Shown here one piece after another: positions 48,863-64,000 of a DNA stretch of 64,000 nt (its first letter is position 1; each line of letters opens with the position of its first letter). The notes under the pieces are model-generated. The model saw only the letters and a program-made list of their open reading frames with translations. It did not search any database and was not told where the DNA came from. The position numbers and the translations under genes were made by a program. Origin of the DNA: the human T2T-CHM13v2.0 reference genome, Homo sapiens. The DNA is taken from the NCBI RefSeq assembly GCF_009914755.1, contig NC_060941.1; one strand, given 5' to 3'.

Positions 48863-50340
48863 CTAATTCTGATCTGCTGTCCTAAAACATGCTTTAAGTG
48901 ATCTATCTCTGTGCTCTCCTCCCAACTCAGACATCCCAAATAAATAAAGCTATAAATGGAATGCAGAGGCAAAAAAAAAAAAAAAGAAAAGATTTTAACC
49001 CAGGGTCATCCCATTTTTTTCTAACAGTGGCCTAAATGATTAGAAACCCATGAGGTACAATTTTTTAATGCACATTGTTTAACTTTCAGCTATGGTGAGT
49101 CTTGAGTTCAACAATTACACTCAATGTCACTCAAAGTCACAAGTTAAGTGACTTCTCCATTTTTTCCCTCATCTCAGTAATCCTTCCTGTTGTCCTAGTT
49201 TTGTGGTATGACTTTAATGAAGTTTAACTTTATTATCTCAAAAAAAAAAAAAAGTCAGTTTTATTTAAAAGTACTATTCGCCCAATACAGAAGGGGAAAA
49301 AAAAAAAAAAAAAAAAAAACACTAGCAAATTCAGGAAATTAGCCCCTACTGGCATACAAATTTACAGGTCAAAGCAAGCCCTTCCTTTCCTCACATGAAC
49401 TGCAGCCTGGAGACCACTACAACCTCCTTCCTCAAAACTTATCCACGAGATACAGGGCAACAGTGCTCAGATCTTGTTTTTTAACCAGAAGGTTTTCCTC
49501 AAAAGTCTTAAATGAAAGCTAAATGTACAAAAGGTACAATGGAGAAACATTCTGATCTAGTAAGAATGGGAGACCTAGGATTCATCTTTTCAGTCTCCCC
49601 CTGCCCTTCCCCATCCCTCCCTCCACCCTTCACTTCAGTCCTGGCTCACTAAGATACCTCGGCAGAATACTTTACATTTGAAATCCACTGAAATGAAAGA
49701 ATCTAAAGTTCAGACTGAAGGGGAAGGGAGCACCTTAAGTGGCAGTATCAAATTATAATTTCAGTTCTTAGCACCAAAACTCATTAACTCAGGGTAGTTA
49801 CATGGTTGACTCATGAACCAAAAAAATTCTATGAATTGTTTAAGAAATATGATCAAGATTTTATAAGCAACTTCCTCATCTCTTAAATATCAACATATAA
49901 TGTTTTAGGATGAGAATAATATAGTAATAATTATATGTCACTGTCATAAAAGACAATAGCACTTCTAACTGAATTATACAGATAAACCCAGAACTAGCCT
50001 CTTACATATTGCAAACAGGTAATACCATATTGCAAAATGAAATTGATCTATTTAAGTTCCTTTTAAAATCTTCTCATATTAAATAAACACACACATATTT
50101 ACTCAACAGGAAAATCTTGCAACAACAGAATTTCAAATACTATCCTGCCAAAGAACAAGCAATTTTTCCTCTCAGCAGGAACTCCTGGCTTTTGGCCCAC
50201 AACCTTTGCATAAACAAAATGTGTTATGCAAAGGTGTTCAAGGTGGCCTAAGCCATCTTGGAAAAAAAGCTAAAAATGGCCGGGCACAGTGGCTCACGCC
50301 TGTTATCCCAGCACTTTGGGAGGCCAAGGCCGGCAGATCA

Positions 50341-50616
<276 letters not shown>

Positions 50617-51123
50617 TCAGATGAGCAAGAATGAATCCACCAAGCGTCACAATAGAGGTGAAGCCTACATTTCACCAAAGCAGAAAAAGGATCCTACAAA
50701 ACATGCAATTTTTAACTGATAAAATAATAAAACCTCCTGATACAAAAGTATGTGATAGGGCAATGCCTCTATGACATTCAAATGCTAAAATATTAGTTAT
50801 TAAACTGAAGCAAATTAGGTCACACCAGTTCCCACAAAGCTGTCCAGCTCTAGACCAATTTTAAAAGTATGTTAGGCAAGACAAGGCTAAGAAGGACCAC
50901 CACCCTGGGCATCCCGACACCTAAAATCCTCCAACCTGGGGATAATTTAAAGAAAGCTGACCTCCTAAACTTATTACAGAGTCCAGCATCCAGGAGAGGA
51001 AAGACTAGAAATTATCTAAGTGAATTCTGTAATTTGTACAAGACCAGAGTGGTGCTATACTGGAATAAATTTTCTCCTGTAAAATAAACTAAAGCATTCT
51101 TCCCTTTGAGGGGAAAAAAAGCT

Positions 51124-51151
51124 ACTGCTTCTCAGACTTTTGGTTAAGATC
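51124..51151 (+). pseudogene. 3'-truncated U2 snRNA retro-fragment
   Basis: ACTGCTTCTCAGACTTTTGGTTAAGATC versus U2 5' end ATCGCTTCTCGGCCTTTTGGCTAAGATC. Confidence 0.55.
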
Positions 51152-52060
51152 TAACCTGGGGGAATGCCATTGACAAGGTATTTTATTTGCAGCCTCTTCT
51201 GACATCATGACATCTTACTTAAAGACAGAGAAACAAATGGAAGCTAAAGAAAAAGCTTTTTAGTTAACCTATCCTACCTCTTATAAAGTATGATATTGAA
51301 AGAAAAATTTTAATAAGGATACAATTATTTGATAAATCTATGGGTACACATATTCAATAAGTAATTCTGGCCAGGCACAGTGGCTTATGCCTGTAATCCC
51401 AACACTTTGGGAGGCCGAGGCAAGTGGATCACTGGAAGCCAGGAGTTTGAGACCAGCTTGGCCAAAAAGGCGAAACCCCTTCTACGCTAAAAATACAAAA
51501 ACTAACCGGGCGTGGTGGCACATGTCTGTAATCCCAGCTACTCAGGAGACTGAGCATGAGAATCACTTGAACTCAGGAGGTAGAGGTTGCAGTGAGACAA
51601 GATCGTGCCACTGCACTCCAGCCTGAGCAACAGAACAAGACTCTATTTCAAAAAATAATAAATACATAATTCTTAAATGAAAGAAAAATGATGCTACTTT
51701 ACCTCTACATAAAGTGCTGTCCCAAGACAGGAGTACAATGTAACAATATCCAACTGAGAACTCTGTGGTATGTCGGCACTACACTGAACTAATTCTCTGA
51801 ACTGAACAACACTCACTCACTCAACTTACAAGAACAAATATATTTCAAAACCAGCCAAGCACAGTGGCTCACGTCTCTAATCCCAGCACTTTGGGAAGCA
51901 GAAGAAGGTGGATCACTTGAGGTCAGGAGTTCAAGACCAGTCTGGCCAACCTGGTGAAACCTTGTCTCTACTAAAAATACAAAAAATATGGCTGGGCATG
52001 GTGGCTCACACCTGTCATCCCAGCACTTTGGGAGGCTGAGGCGGGAGGATCACGAGGTCA

Positions 52061-52291
<231 letters not shown>

Positions 52292-53099
52292 TTAGCCAGG
52301 CGTGGTGGTGCACACCTGTAATCCCACTACTCAGGAAGCTGAGGCATGAGAATCACTTGAACCTGGGAGGCAGAGGTTGCAGTGATCCGAAATCGCACCC
52401 CTGCACTCCAGGCTGACCAACAGAGCAAGACTTCATCTCAAAACAAACAAACAAACAAAACAAGAACAAATAAATTTCACAAGCAAAATGGATGACTACA
52501 TGCCAATTCCCTCCTTGATTAACACAAAAGAAGAACAAAGAAATTAAGATAAGAAAAATTTTAATGTAGATATTTGGCCTGAATTAATAGATATAACAAT
52601 ATCTAAGTGGATAGTACTAAAAGAGTTACCATTTATTGAGCTCTAGATATATACTAGGCAGTGTGCTAAGACTTGGTGTGTGCATGAGCTCACCTAAAAG
52701 TCTGGTTCCACTATTAGCTCTAAGGCTGTAGGGAAGCTGCATAACCTCCTCAAGCTATGTTTTTCTAACTCAGAGACAGATACCTTAAAGATCATCTGCT
52801 GCTGCCTCCCCTTTGACCCACTAACAGAGACTACAGGTTATTAAGCAATATAAATCAAGGGTTATGAACAGACTCTGCTTTTTGCTGCACCCCCCTCAAC
52901 ACCCCCGAGCTCCACAAATCTTAAAGTCAAATGCTCTTAGCCTACTTTATTTTGGTACACACCTTAGAAACAAACAGAACTATCAAACACCTGCGAAGGC
53001 AAATATCAGCTCTGTTCTGCTCTACACGGCCTCTGCAGCAGCTAGCAGTACTTAGCTCTCAGTAGCACCCACTCCAACAGCAAGTTGTTTGGCTGTTCC

Positions 53100-53101
<2 letters not shown>

Positions 53102-53142
<41 letters not shown>
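53102..53142 (+). repeat. (CA)n microsatellite
   Basis: Visible. Confidence 0.95.
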
Positions 53143-53159
53143 GACTCTGAAGCTTCCCA

Positions 53160-53775
53160 GGCCTCTCCATCTAACTACCACCCTCCTTACCTCTTGCTGC
53201 AAAAACTCCTAACTGGGCTTCCCACTTCAATACTTTCTCAACTCAAAAAGCCAAGTGTTCTTTTTAAACCTTAAATCGGAACATGTCACTCTCCTGCTTC
53301 AGATTCCCCAAGGATTTCCTACGCACTGCAAATAAAGTCTCAACTACTTACGATGACCCAAGGCCCTACTTGATTTGGCCTGCTTACTTTCTAGATTGCT
53401 CACTAGGCCCCAGCAACATGAGTTTCCTTTCAGTTTCTTTAGGAGCCCTTCTCTGCCAGGTCCTTCCTAGCTGGGCCTTCGTCCTTCTTTACTCTCTGCC
53501 AGGAACGCTGTTCCTGGCTCATTCAGGTGGCTAGCTCCTCCTCAAACTTAAGGTCTCAGTTCAAATGTCATCTCAGAAGAGTCTTTCCAACCATCCTACA
53601 TATAAGGTAAGTTCCCACTAGTTACTCTCAATCACATCACCCTTTTGGTTCCTTTACAGGTTTATCATAATCTGAAATGGATTACGTACTTCATTTTATT
53701 TGAGTATATTCTGTCTTCTCTCACTAGAATAAAAACTACCTGTTTGATTCTCTATAATATTTGTTGAATAAAATA
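53160..53775 (+). mobile_element. L2 3' fragment
   Basis: CATGTCACTCTCCTGCT...TCTCAGTTCAAATGTCATCTCAG...ATATTTGTTGAATAA. Confidence 0.7.
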
Positions 53776-55134
53776 AACAAACTCCCATTCATGGGTCTGA
53801 TGTTTTTTAAAATAAATAAACAAGAAATATACAAGACTTATTTGTACAGGACTTATTTGAAGCAAAGTTTGAAAATCTACTGAGAGACATAAAAATCTAT
53901 TAGAACACAGGACAGTAAGTACATAAAGATGTCAATTTCCCCAAACTTCACCTACAATTTCAGTATTCCCAATCAATATTCAGTATGTAATAAAAATCTC
54001 TATGATTTCTTTTTGAATGTCACAGAATGATTCTAAAGTTCATCTAGAAGAACACATAGACCAGAAATGTCAAAGTCTGAAAAAAAAGAGTAATGAACAG
54101 GTAACTAACCCCATCTGTATTAAAATTATAAAATGATAGTAATTTAAAGTGTATGGTAATACACAAGAGACCAAAATAACAAGACTAATCAGAAATAGTC
54201 CCAAACACATTTAGTAAATGACAAAAGCTGCAATTCTAATAGTGGGGCAAAAAACAGATTATTCACTAAATGGTGCTGACACAACTAGCTAGTTGGGGTA
54301 GAATTCACACACAATTTTATCCCCCAAAATATGTCTCACTTCTTATACCAGAAGTAAATTCCAGATGGATCAAAGAATTAGAAGTTTTAAAAAGAGAAGG
54401 AAAAGGAAAAAAAGAAACCATTGAAGTATTAAATACAATCTGGGGACTTCTTTGTTTTAAAAATACAAAAACGCATGCAGTTAAAAAGTCTTCCTCTCAC
54501 TCATTCTTCTTACTATGACAACCAATGTTTCCAAGTATCATATATCCTGTGATATACAAGCAAAAATGTGTACGTTGTTTTTCATCTTTAAAGCAAAGAC
54601 ACATAGAGGCATATAATGTTCCTCACTTTGTTTTTCTAGTTTAGTAGATAGGCGAATATTTTATGTTTTGGAGCAAGGAAAGTCTTAAGTAGAGCACAAA
54701 ACACAAAAGTCACATAAATAAATTAACAAGAGTCACAGCTAACATTTATTATTTACTTACTTTGTGCCATCCACTATGCCTAATGCTATTTACATTATCT
54801 CCATTTTACAAACAAGGAAATGAAGGTGTACAGAGGTTAAATAATGTGCCCACGTTCCCACAGCAGCACAGTGCTGGGTTTGGATTTATCTGACTACATA
54901 ACATTACAAAAGAATAGCTAGGGGGATATGTGCACACGTATGAAAAAAGTGAATAAAGCCAGGCACGTTGGCTCACGCCTGTAATCCCAACAACACTTTG
55001 GGAGGCCTAGGCAGGCAGATCACCTGAAGTCGGGAGTTTCAGACCAGCCTGACCAACATGGAGAAACCCCACGTCTAGTAAAAAAACAAAATTAGCCAGG
55101 CATGGTGGCGCAGGCCTGTAACCCCAGCTACTCA

Positions 55135-55239
<105 letters not shown>

Positions 55240-55244
55240 TCAAA

Positions 55245-55282
<38 letters not shown>

Positions 55283-55483
55283 GAAAGAAAAAAAGTGAAT
55301 ATGTAGAGAACTTTTAACCTGTTAAAAACCAGTAGCCCCATCAGAAAATAAACAAAGAGCAAAAGTAGGCAATTTATAAAAGACATATGGCCAAGCGCAG
55401 TGATGCACACCTGTAATCCCAGCCTTCAGGAGGCTGAGGTGGGTGGATCACCTGAGGTCAGGAGTACAAGACCAGCCTGACTA

Positions 55484-56022
<539 letters not shown>

Positions 56023-57610
56023 TTAAAAAAAGTTCAGCCTCAATAGTGATTGATAAAACACCAATCAGAATCACATTTTTTCAGTTCCTAAATTGTCAAA
56101 ATGTTTTAAACTGTAATATCTAGTATTGGCCAAGGTATGGGGCATACCTGAATACTATTGGTAGCTTTACAAATTGGTACAACAACCATTTGGAAGGAAA
56201 ATGTATAAATATCTATCCATATCTACATTATTCACATCTTTTGATTTGAATTCAAATCAAAAGTGGAGTTGATTTCAGCAACTCCACTTATAGGAATCTA
56301 TCCTACAAAGCTGTTTGTACAAATACACAAGATACATATACATATGTACATGTGCATAAATATTCATACACACACACACAATTGTTTACAGCTTTGTTTT
56401 TCTGGCAGAAAAAAAAATCCAGTGACCATAAGTTGATTAAGCAAATTATGGTATTTTCTTTTTTTTTGTTTGAAACAGAGTCTCACTCTGTCGCCCAGGC
56501 TGGAATTCAGTGGCATGGCTCACTGCAATCTCCTCCTCCCAGTTTCAAGTGATTCTCCTGCCTCAGCCTCCCAAGTAGCTGGGATTACAGGCACATGCCA
56601 CCATGCCTTGCTAATTTTTGTATTTTTAGTAGAAATGGAGTTTCACCATGTTGGCCAGGCTGGTCTTGAACTCCTGACCTCCGGTGATCCAGCCACCTCA
56701 GCCTCCCAAAGTACTGGGACAACAGGAGTGAGTCACCGTGCCTGGCAAATTATGGTATTTTCATGTACTAGAAATGGGGTATTAAGTTGCTGTTAATGAT
56801 TGATAAAGGTAACTTGGAAATAAATAGACAAACTTGGAACAGTAGTATACAAAAGAATAGTATATTATGATTCCATAATATAGAAAACTATACAAACACA
56901 GAAAAAAAACTGGAAGAATATGCAACAAACGCAGTAGATTACATCCAGGAAGTGGTTCTTTCAATTTCAGTATATATAAAAAATAATGTATTACTTATAA
57001 TTAGTGAAAGATAAGATTTTAAAATAGCATATCCTCCTTCATGCATTAAAATGATTTTATGTGAATATAAAGTAACTTCTTTCTCCCCCCTCAACAGGAT
57101 GTTTATACTCCTACATCAGGTATATTAACGTTCTGCATATTTTAGGTTATAACTCCTAGATAGCATAAGTTTTGATTTCATTCCAAATACCTCCAAATAC
57201 ATAAAAGTTATTCTAATTAAAAATGAATTTAAAAATCTTAAAAGTAATGCAAAGTTAAACATCTTTGAACAGAAACTCAAAGTCATGATGATGACTACTT
57301 AAACATTTTCAAAGTTACATAAATCTCTATGTTATTGCCAAGGGAAATGAATTGCCTAAAACAAATTACTCTGAATGTGAACAGTGTATGACAGTGATAA
57401 TGGCAAGAAGAATGTCTGTCAGTTCAACCAAGAATGGGGTAAAGGGGCAATCTATAAGCGTAAAGGTGACTCTCATCATAAATCTGAGTCGAATTTTCCT
57501 AGAAAAATGTAACCTTCGCCAGGTGCGGTGGCTCACTCCTGTAATCCCAGCACTTTGGGAGGCCGAGGCAGGCAGATCACGAGGTCAGGAGATCAAGACC
57601 ATCCTGGCTA

Positions 57611-57793
<183 letters not shown>

Positions 57794-57991
57794 TCAAAAA
57801 AAAAATAAGAAAGGAAAGAAAAATATAACCTCAATATATTTGGTTTTGATATCAGTTTATTCGTGTATAACAAAGAATAAAAACAGCCAAACAGCCCAAA
57901 TTTTGTTCCTCGAGTACGCTGTAATGGGGGAAAGAAATCCAAATAAGTTGGGAATCTTGACTTTTCCTTTACTCCTGACTAATCTACTTAA

Positions 57992-58377
<386 letters not shown>

Positions 58378-60264
58378 TGAGCCACCGTGCCGGCCAATCT
58401 TCCCATATTTCTAACTCCCAGTTTTTTCCTAGGATTGAAACTACTCCAAAATTTCCTGCATATATAAATTAAAACATTATTGCATTCTAATATTATCTAG
58501 AACCATGAGTGCTGTCTAGGATGAACCAATCCCATATTTACTTTCTCTTCCTCCCCCAAATCCCAATAAACAGAATTTTTTTTTCTTTTTTAAAGAAATG
58601 CTTTTAACTGGGCTCAGTGGCCCACACCTATAATCCCAGCACTTCAGGAGGCCAAGGTGGGAGGATCACTTGAGCCCAGCAATTTGAGGTCAGCCTGGGC
58701 AACATAATGAGACTCTGTTTCTACAAAATAAAAGAAATTGACCAGGTGTGGTGGCACACACCTGTAGTCCCAGCTACTCAGGAGGACCGTGTGAACCCAG
58801 GACTCGGAGGCTGCACTCAACTATGATCACACCACTACTCTCCAGCCTGGGCAACAGAGAGAGACTTTCTCTGTAAAAAGGAAAAAAAAAGAAATATTTT
58901 GATAATTTACTAATTACAGCTATGTTAGTCACTGACATTGGTGAAATTTCTACCTGTTTTTTAATTTCCAAAAACTATTCAGCATCAAACTGCCATATGT
59001 GTATCAGACATCTTCTACAGCATCCACACTAACTCTAGCTGCAAAGCTCTTTTATGCATTCAACAAGTATCTGCTACTCCCGGGCACAGGGTGTTATTCT
59101 GGGAGTGGGAAAAGAGGAAAAGAAATTTAAAAACTCAGATACAGACATGCCTACAAAGGGCTTATGGTCTAGAGGCAAAGGATCAAGAGTTTCTAGAAAA
59201 ATAATATACATTTTGGAGAAGAGGGAACAGGAGAGACATTTCCTGGATGATGTAATATGTGATCAAACCCTTGAAAAATAGGATAAATTTAGATGTAGTA
59301 GAGTTTGGAAGATAAGGGAGGAAAGGAGTATTCCAGAAACAAGCATAGTAAGAAGAAAAAACAAACAAAAAATTCTTCTTAATACAACACAAAATAGCCC
59401 AAGTAGAATAAAGAAATATGCCATGCTTCAGTATTTATGTAAAGATTATCAGCTTAATAAAAATATACCTTTTCCTTTACAATAAATTTTATAGGCCGGG
59501 CATGGTGGCTCATGCCTGTAATCCCAGCACTTTGGGAGGCCATGGTGGGAGGATTACTTGAGCCCAGAATTCAAAACCAGGCTGGGCAAAACAATCAGAC
59601 CCCATCTCTATTTTTAAAAAATTAAAATGAAACAAAATAAATTTTATAGCATGCATACATACAGAAAATATTACAAATGAGCTTTTTGATGTAAAAAAAA
59701 TTCATAAAGAATACAGTCGGCCAAGTGCGATGGCTCACGCCTGTAATCCCAACACTTTGGGAGACCAAGGCGGGCAGATCACTTGAGGCCAGGAGTTCGA
59801 GATCAGCCTGGACAACATGATGAAACTCCGTCTCTAAAAATACAAAAATTAGCCAGGCATGGTGTCATATGCCTGTAATCCCAGCTACTTGGGAGGCTGA
59901 GCACGAGAATAGCTTGAACCTGGGAAGTGGAGGTTGCAGTGAGCTGAGATTGTGCCACTGCACTCCAGCTTGGGCAACAGAGCAAGATTCTGTCAAAAAA
60001 AAAAATTCATGTTTGTGCTATTTATCTAAGCTTTTATATTAATATAACAATTGAAATCCTTCATACTTAAAAAAAAATCCAGAAGTAGGCAAAACAAACA
60101 ACAGCTAATTTATAAAATAATTTAACCTATTTGTAGGCCAGGTGCAGTGGCCCATGCCTGTAATCCCAGCACTCTGGGAGGCCGAGGCAGGAGGATCACC
60201 TGAGGTCAGGAGTTCGAGACCAGCCTGACCAATACAGAGAAACGCTGTTTCTACTAAAAAATGA

Positions 60265-61000
60265 TTTTAACACTCTCTTCATTTCCCAAAGATTACTGAA
60301 GTCACATGAAATAAAAGGCATTAGAGATTCTATTTTTCTGACAAAATATTTAAGAGCCTTCCTTTTCTTCTAAGCCAAGTAATTAGGGCTCCTTTATATA
60401 TACATCATATACACAACACTTCTAGACAGGAAAAGATCTAGCAGTGGTAAGTTTTTCTTTCTCATTTTATGAACCCTAACACACATTCCACAGACCATCT
60501 ATGACATGAACTTTCTGACTTTTCCTGTATTTCCCTCTTTCATAATTAGTCATTCTACTTTAGGACAAAAATTTGCCATACAAGATCCTCTCTCATATAA
60601 CATTTCTTTCCATCATAACTTTTCTTACCATCCATAAATACATCTTCATATCCACAACTTTCTTTAGATCTCTCTCCCCGACTGATTTCTGATGCCCACC
60701 CAAACCTAAAAGGTCAGATAACGCAAAACAAAACAGAGGAGAGCCTTAGATTTTGAGAGAGACCTGTCTGCCTGAAGTTGTTGGGGTTCCATGAGGACAA
60801 CAGAGGTTTCTCCTAAGATGGGTTTTGTAGCACCTTCTGTTTTTCTTTAAGGAGTCCCAGCCTGTCAGAAATTACCTTAGATCCTCTCATGTGGGCACTG
60901 AGTGGCAACAAGACAGACTAGGGAACAGTGGCAACAAGGCAGACTAGGGAACAGATGGCAACAAGACACACAACTGAGCAGAAAAAGAAAAACTTACTAC
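60265..61000 (-). mobile_element. ERV1 (MER4-group) internal fragment
   Basis: CCCAAAGATTACTGAAGTCACATGAA, GAGCCTTAGATTTTGAGAG, TTGGGGTTCCATGAGG motifs. Confidence 0.55.
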
Positions 61001-61742
61001 AGTCCCTACTGTAAAGATGGATAAACTGAGGCACCATGAAGTTTAAAAATTCATGTTACATAGAGTTGGGCTCCACAGCTCACTCTCTTAAGCATCCTGT
61101 AATTTTGCTGAATCTATGCCCAGTCACTGATGCACCTGTATGGTACCTCATGGCCCCCTTAGAGCTTAGAACCTGGGTTTCATTCCTGCTCTACAGCTAT
61201 ATAATTTAACAATTTTCCTCTGAATTTGTTGGATTCTAACCCTATATTTCTAAAATTTTATTAATATTACTGAATCTTAAAGGGAGCTGTGATGTCTTTA
61301 GTCTTTAGAAATGTTAAATCTATAAACAAAGAACTATATGCAGTTAAACTGTATTCAAATTTCTACATGCTTTAAAACACTGAGGCAAAGTATTAAGAAA
61401 CACACCTAAGAAACTGCAACCAATCTACTCTGGACAAAAATTTAGGTACTATCTCTCCAAAATAAGCTACCTAGTGGTATTTATACATATTCTTCCATAT
61501 ACCAACAGTATCTTACATGCTCATAGCCTTAAAAATAACTAAAGTGTCAGAATTATAGGCATTACACATTTCTGTTGGCTTGAAAAATGATACAAAATGC
61601 ATAAACTTCTAGAATGATCAGTTTAATAAAAGAGTTCATACCAAAGGTAATAATACTAGGAATCAAAGAGGGCTAAACACTGCAGGTTCTTAAAGGCAAA
61701 AGTTAATAAAACCTTGTTTTTGGTTGTGAATGTTTGCCTTAC

Positions 61743-63028
61743 AACATTATACACGATTCTCCCCTCCTCTTTTTCCTCTTGCAAAGATGTGGTGATGAAC
61801 CCTTTGCTCATGCAGATGACAATACTCTTGAAAATGGTGGCAGAAAAAAAAATGAAGGGAATATGGTTCACTTAATCATCTCATAAATTAGAACTTATTA
61901 CCCCTGTGACTCTTGGATAGCTCCAGAAAAAAATATGTGACTGAGATGAAATGGCTGTTTGCTACCAATACTTTATGTGATGCTTCATTTTTTTGATTCC
62001 TTGAATAACACAACACATTAGTCCATTTATGCCAGAGGTTGCAATTTTTTGAATTTTTGCATAAGTGAAAAATCAGACCTTGTCGATGACATTTAACAGG
62101 AGGATATAAATAATTTCCACATGCTTAGCATGGAACACTAGGCATAAGTGGGCTAACACAATTATGAAAGCATAGCTATTCAAGTAACTAATTATACAAC
62201 TGATTTTTTTTCCTCATCTCTAAAACATAGTAAGGGATCAGTTATTTAAAAAACACAACAGTGACAAGTATTTTATTTTTAACTCAGTTTTGGTTTGTTA
62301 AGGCTATTGCTTGGCATAAAAATACAAAAACAGGAGGAGAAACAAGAATACAAACATGAAATAGAACCAGTAGCAAAAGAAAATGAAGAGGAACAAGAAA
62401 ATGCAAAGAAAATACACAATGGAAGAAAGGAAAAAGAACAGGTGTGGGAATTAGAAGGCCTATCATATGACACTTTTTATCCCCTCCTCGATTCATAAAA
62501 TTTCAGTAACTCCAAGAGTATCACAACAAAAAACAAGCAAAAGGATACACAAATAGTCACCCTCTAAATTTTGTTAAGAATGAGATAATGCTGCCACTCA
62601 CGCCTAACTCTGGCACCAGCAGGAGGAGGGCACACTCCAGAGATTGCAGAAGGGGGAGGACTCCTCTTTGCCCTAGGTGTACCACCACCACTGCCACCGA
62701 GGCCTTCGTTACAGCACCCACAGGTTCCTCCCCTCCCCAGAACGGGATGGGCCCTGCAGTGCTCCTACTCCCCCTTCCCGGCCCCCAGACTTCCTACTGC
62801 TACCACCACTAGTGCCGATGCCAATACAAGCAGTCATCCTCAACGTACCAGCCCACCCTACCAGGATCCTACCACCAGGTCCCCGTGGGTGCCCTCCTAC
62901 CGCTCCAGTCGAGCTGTGGTCTCCATCTCCAACACCAACTGCATGAGGCAAGCTGCAGAGCCACGTCATCTGCTCGACCTTACCACAGGCAGCGACTCCT
63001 TCTCCTCCTTCAGCCTGGCTTGGAGCAG
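61743..63028 (-). pseudogene. Two exons paralogous to the 3' exons of CCDC144NL (63028-62873 and 61826-61743)
   Basis: Spliced translation [52 protein letters not shown]|[26 protein letters not shown] matches the recalled CCDC144NL C-terminus; GT/AG sites and phase are [10 protein letters not shown]. Confidence 0.75.
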
Positions 63029-63553
63029 CTGGGCAGGCAAAGCAAGAAAAACCCAAAACAGGACTCAGGGATTGGAACCATTAGAGCCTCACCTCGTTAT
63101 GCTGGTGACTGGGTGTCAGGGATCAGTTTCATTGAAGACACTCACACCCACCTTCCAAAGTCCAACCTCTCCTTCTGGCAAAAGCTGGCCAGGAACTGGG
63201 GCCTGGGGTGGGAGTGAGTGCCTTTACTGAAACCGGCCCCTGGCCAAGTCCAGCTGGCCAGGAATTGCTGGGCCCACCAAGGCTGCCCTCCTCCAGGAGC
63301 CTGAGTAGGAGAAACTCAGACCCAGCCAGCCCTCCCCACCCAAGGGCTGATTCCCATTCCTGACACCTCCACCCACAGTGCCCTGTCTCCCACTTCCCCC
63401 ATGGTGCATACTACTCCCTGCCCGGTTGTCAGGTGGTCTTTGCAACACAAAGAAACCACAGTGGGTGTGGAGGCCCTACCGTGCAATCCAGCTCGAGTGG
63501 AGAAAATCGCCTTCTAGAGTCTGGAGTCCGAGAAGAGGAAAACGATCCCTTAC

Positions 63554-63630
63554 TTGGAAGCTACGAGAAGAAGGAGGCCACTGTTGTTGCTGCCCCTGCC
63601 ACCTCCTCAGCTTGCCAATGCCGCTGGCAG
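63554..63630 (-). other. Candidate first exon ending in donor CAA|GTAAGG
   Basis: Decayed GCC/GCT-rich leader followed by a consensus-like 5' splice site at 63553-63552. Confidence 0.35.
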
Positions 63631-64000
63631 TGTAGCCCCCATGGCACCCCTAATCTGCCCCCTGCCACTAGCAGTGTAGCCCCCGGATAGCACATCCAAC
63701 ACACCCTACAGTTTCAGGCAATGTAACCCCAATACCCCCCTGCAAAAGCCCCCCCACACACACCTCAGGGAGCATACCACCCAATAGTGCCCACAATCTG
63801 ACCCAGCCACGGGCAGTTCAGCTCCTAATGGTGCACCCCCCAGTCACAGACAGTGCAGCACCCAACAACGCCCCTAAACCACCCCCCACTGCCAGCACTG
63901 TAGCCCCGGATAACTCCACCCAACCCACTCCCTGCCGCGGGCAGTGCAGCAGAAGATAGCGCCCCTAATCCTTCCCCAGCCACCAGCAATACAAGCTAGT
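63620..64000. repeat. Degenerate ~40-bp GC-rich tandem repeat (GGCAGTGTAGCCCCGGATAGC...C-rich), running off the window
   Basis: Recurrent GCAGTG(T/C)AGC motif at ~40-bp spacing. Confidence 0.75.

Overview
Human/great-ape genomic DNA (Alu-, L1-, MIR-rich) with no intact protein-coding gene. The window reads as a pericentromeric-type mosaic of segmental duplications. In order: (1) 1-2.6 kb, GC-rich REP522-like block with a CpG-island promoter (YY1/NRF1 motifs); (2) ~4.0-12.2 kb, 3' part of an old unprocessed barttin (BSND) pseudogene, exon 4 at 9476-9867 (-); (3) ~12.2-23.3 kb, unrelated block with ERVL/L1 relics, FAM182-like lncRNA exons (+) and a 3.2-kb 17-18-bp satellite containing an internal inversion; (4) ~23.3-32.4 kb, 5' part of the BSND pseudogene, exon 1 at 30665-30849 (-); (5) ~32.4-60.3 kb, younger NCOR1 partial duplicate keeping only exon 2 and exon 5 (-), in frame and open; (6) 60.3-64 kb, ERV1 fragment, two exons matching the 3' end of CCDC144NL (-) and a degenerate ~40-bp repeat. 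All gene fragments except the FAM182-like exons lie on the minus strand with GT/AG sites intact, so a chimeric transcript is possible. Gene assignments come from my recollection of the human proteins and were not checked by database search. The exact paralogous copy is not determined, and repeat boundaries are approximate.
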